Below are positions 63,960-64,000 of a stretch of DNA of 64,000 bases, piece after piece; within the stretch, counting starts at the first letter, position 1, and each line of letters opens with the position of its first letter. The position numbers were made by a program, and so were the translations under genes. Location: the IMG/VR virus record IMGVR_UViG_3300032053_011398; one strand, 5' to 3'. Source of the DNA: a virus. Under the pieces are notes generated by a model. It saw only the letters and a program-made list of their open reading frames with translations, was not told the origin of the DNA and made no database searches.

Positions 63960-64000
63960 ATCAAATCTAAATACGTTAAATTCCGTTCTTCCCTTGTGGT

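Noticed and set aside
1-64000. CRISPR array, rRNA genes, stop-codon reassignment
   Set aside because: No repeat-spacer periodicity, no rRNA motifs, no CTA/TTA/TCA-anticodon tRNA; conserved genes are intact in code 11

Overview
This window looks like part of a large (jumbo-type), GC-rich, T4-like myophage genome. Structural genes include a gp13-like neck protein, a gp6/J-like baseplate wedge and a repeat-containing fibre-like protein. Replication and repair genes include a family A DNA polymerase, DnaB-like and DinG-like helicases, NAD-dependent ligase and a family-4 UDG. There are three LAGLIDADG inteins, several free-standing homing endonucleases and many glycosyl- and methyltransferases. 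Positions ~9.9-30 kb hold a minus-strand RNA region: about 40 tRNA genes covering all 20 amino acids (one degenerate) and a tmRNA with a 34-codon tag. The most unusual signals are: (1) two circularly permuted tRNA-mimic RNAs with Y-RNA/YrlA-like architecture, one keeping an internal CCA and lying behind a conserved protein gene and a short-repeat tract; (2) a leader-peptide attenuator at the head of the tRNA array; (3) homing endonuclease genes that follow truncated tRNA 5' halves and precede intact tRNAs; (4) remodelled tRNAs (non-canonical T-loops, Leu tRNAs without a long variable arm, a D-armless tRNA-Tyr); (5) several CCA-ended RNAs that are not tRNAs; (6) two recurring start-proximal motifs, a dispersed 13-bp motif and a perfect parS palindrome. 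All calls were made by eye with no database search, so coordinates may be off by a few nt and family names need confirming.
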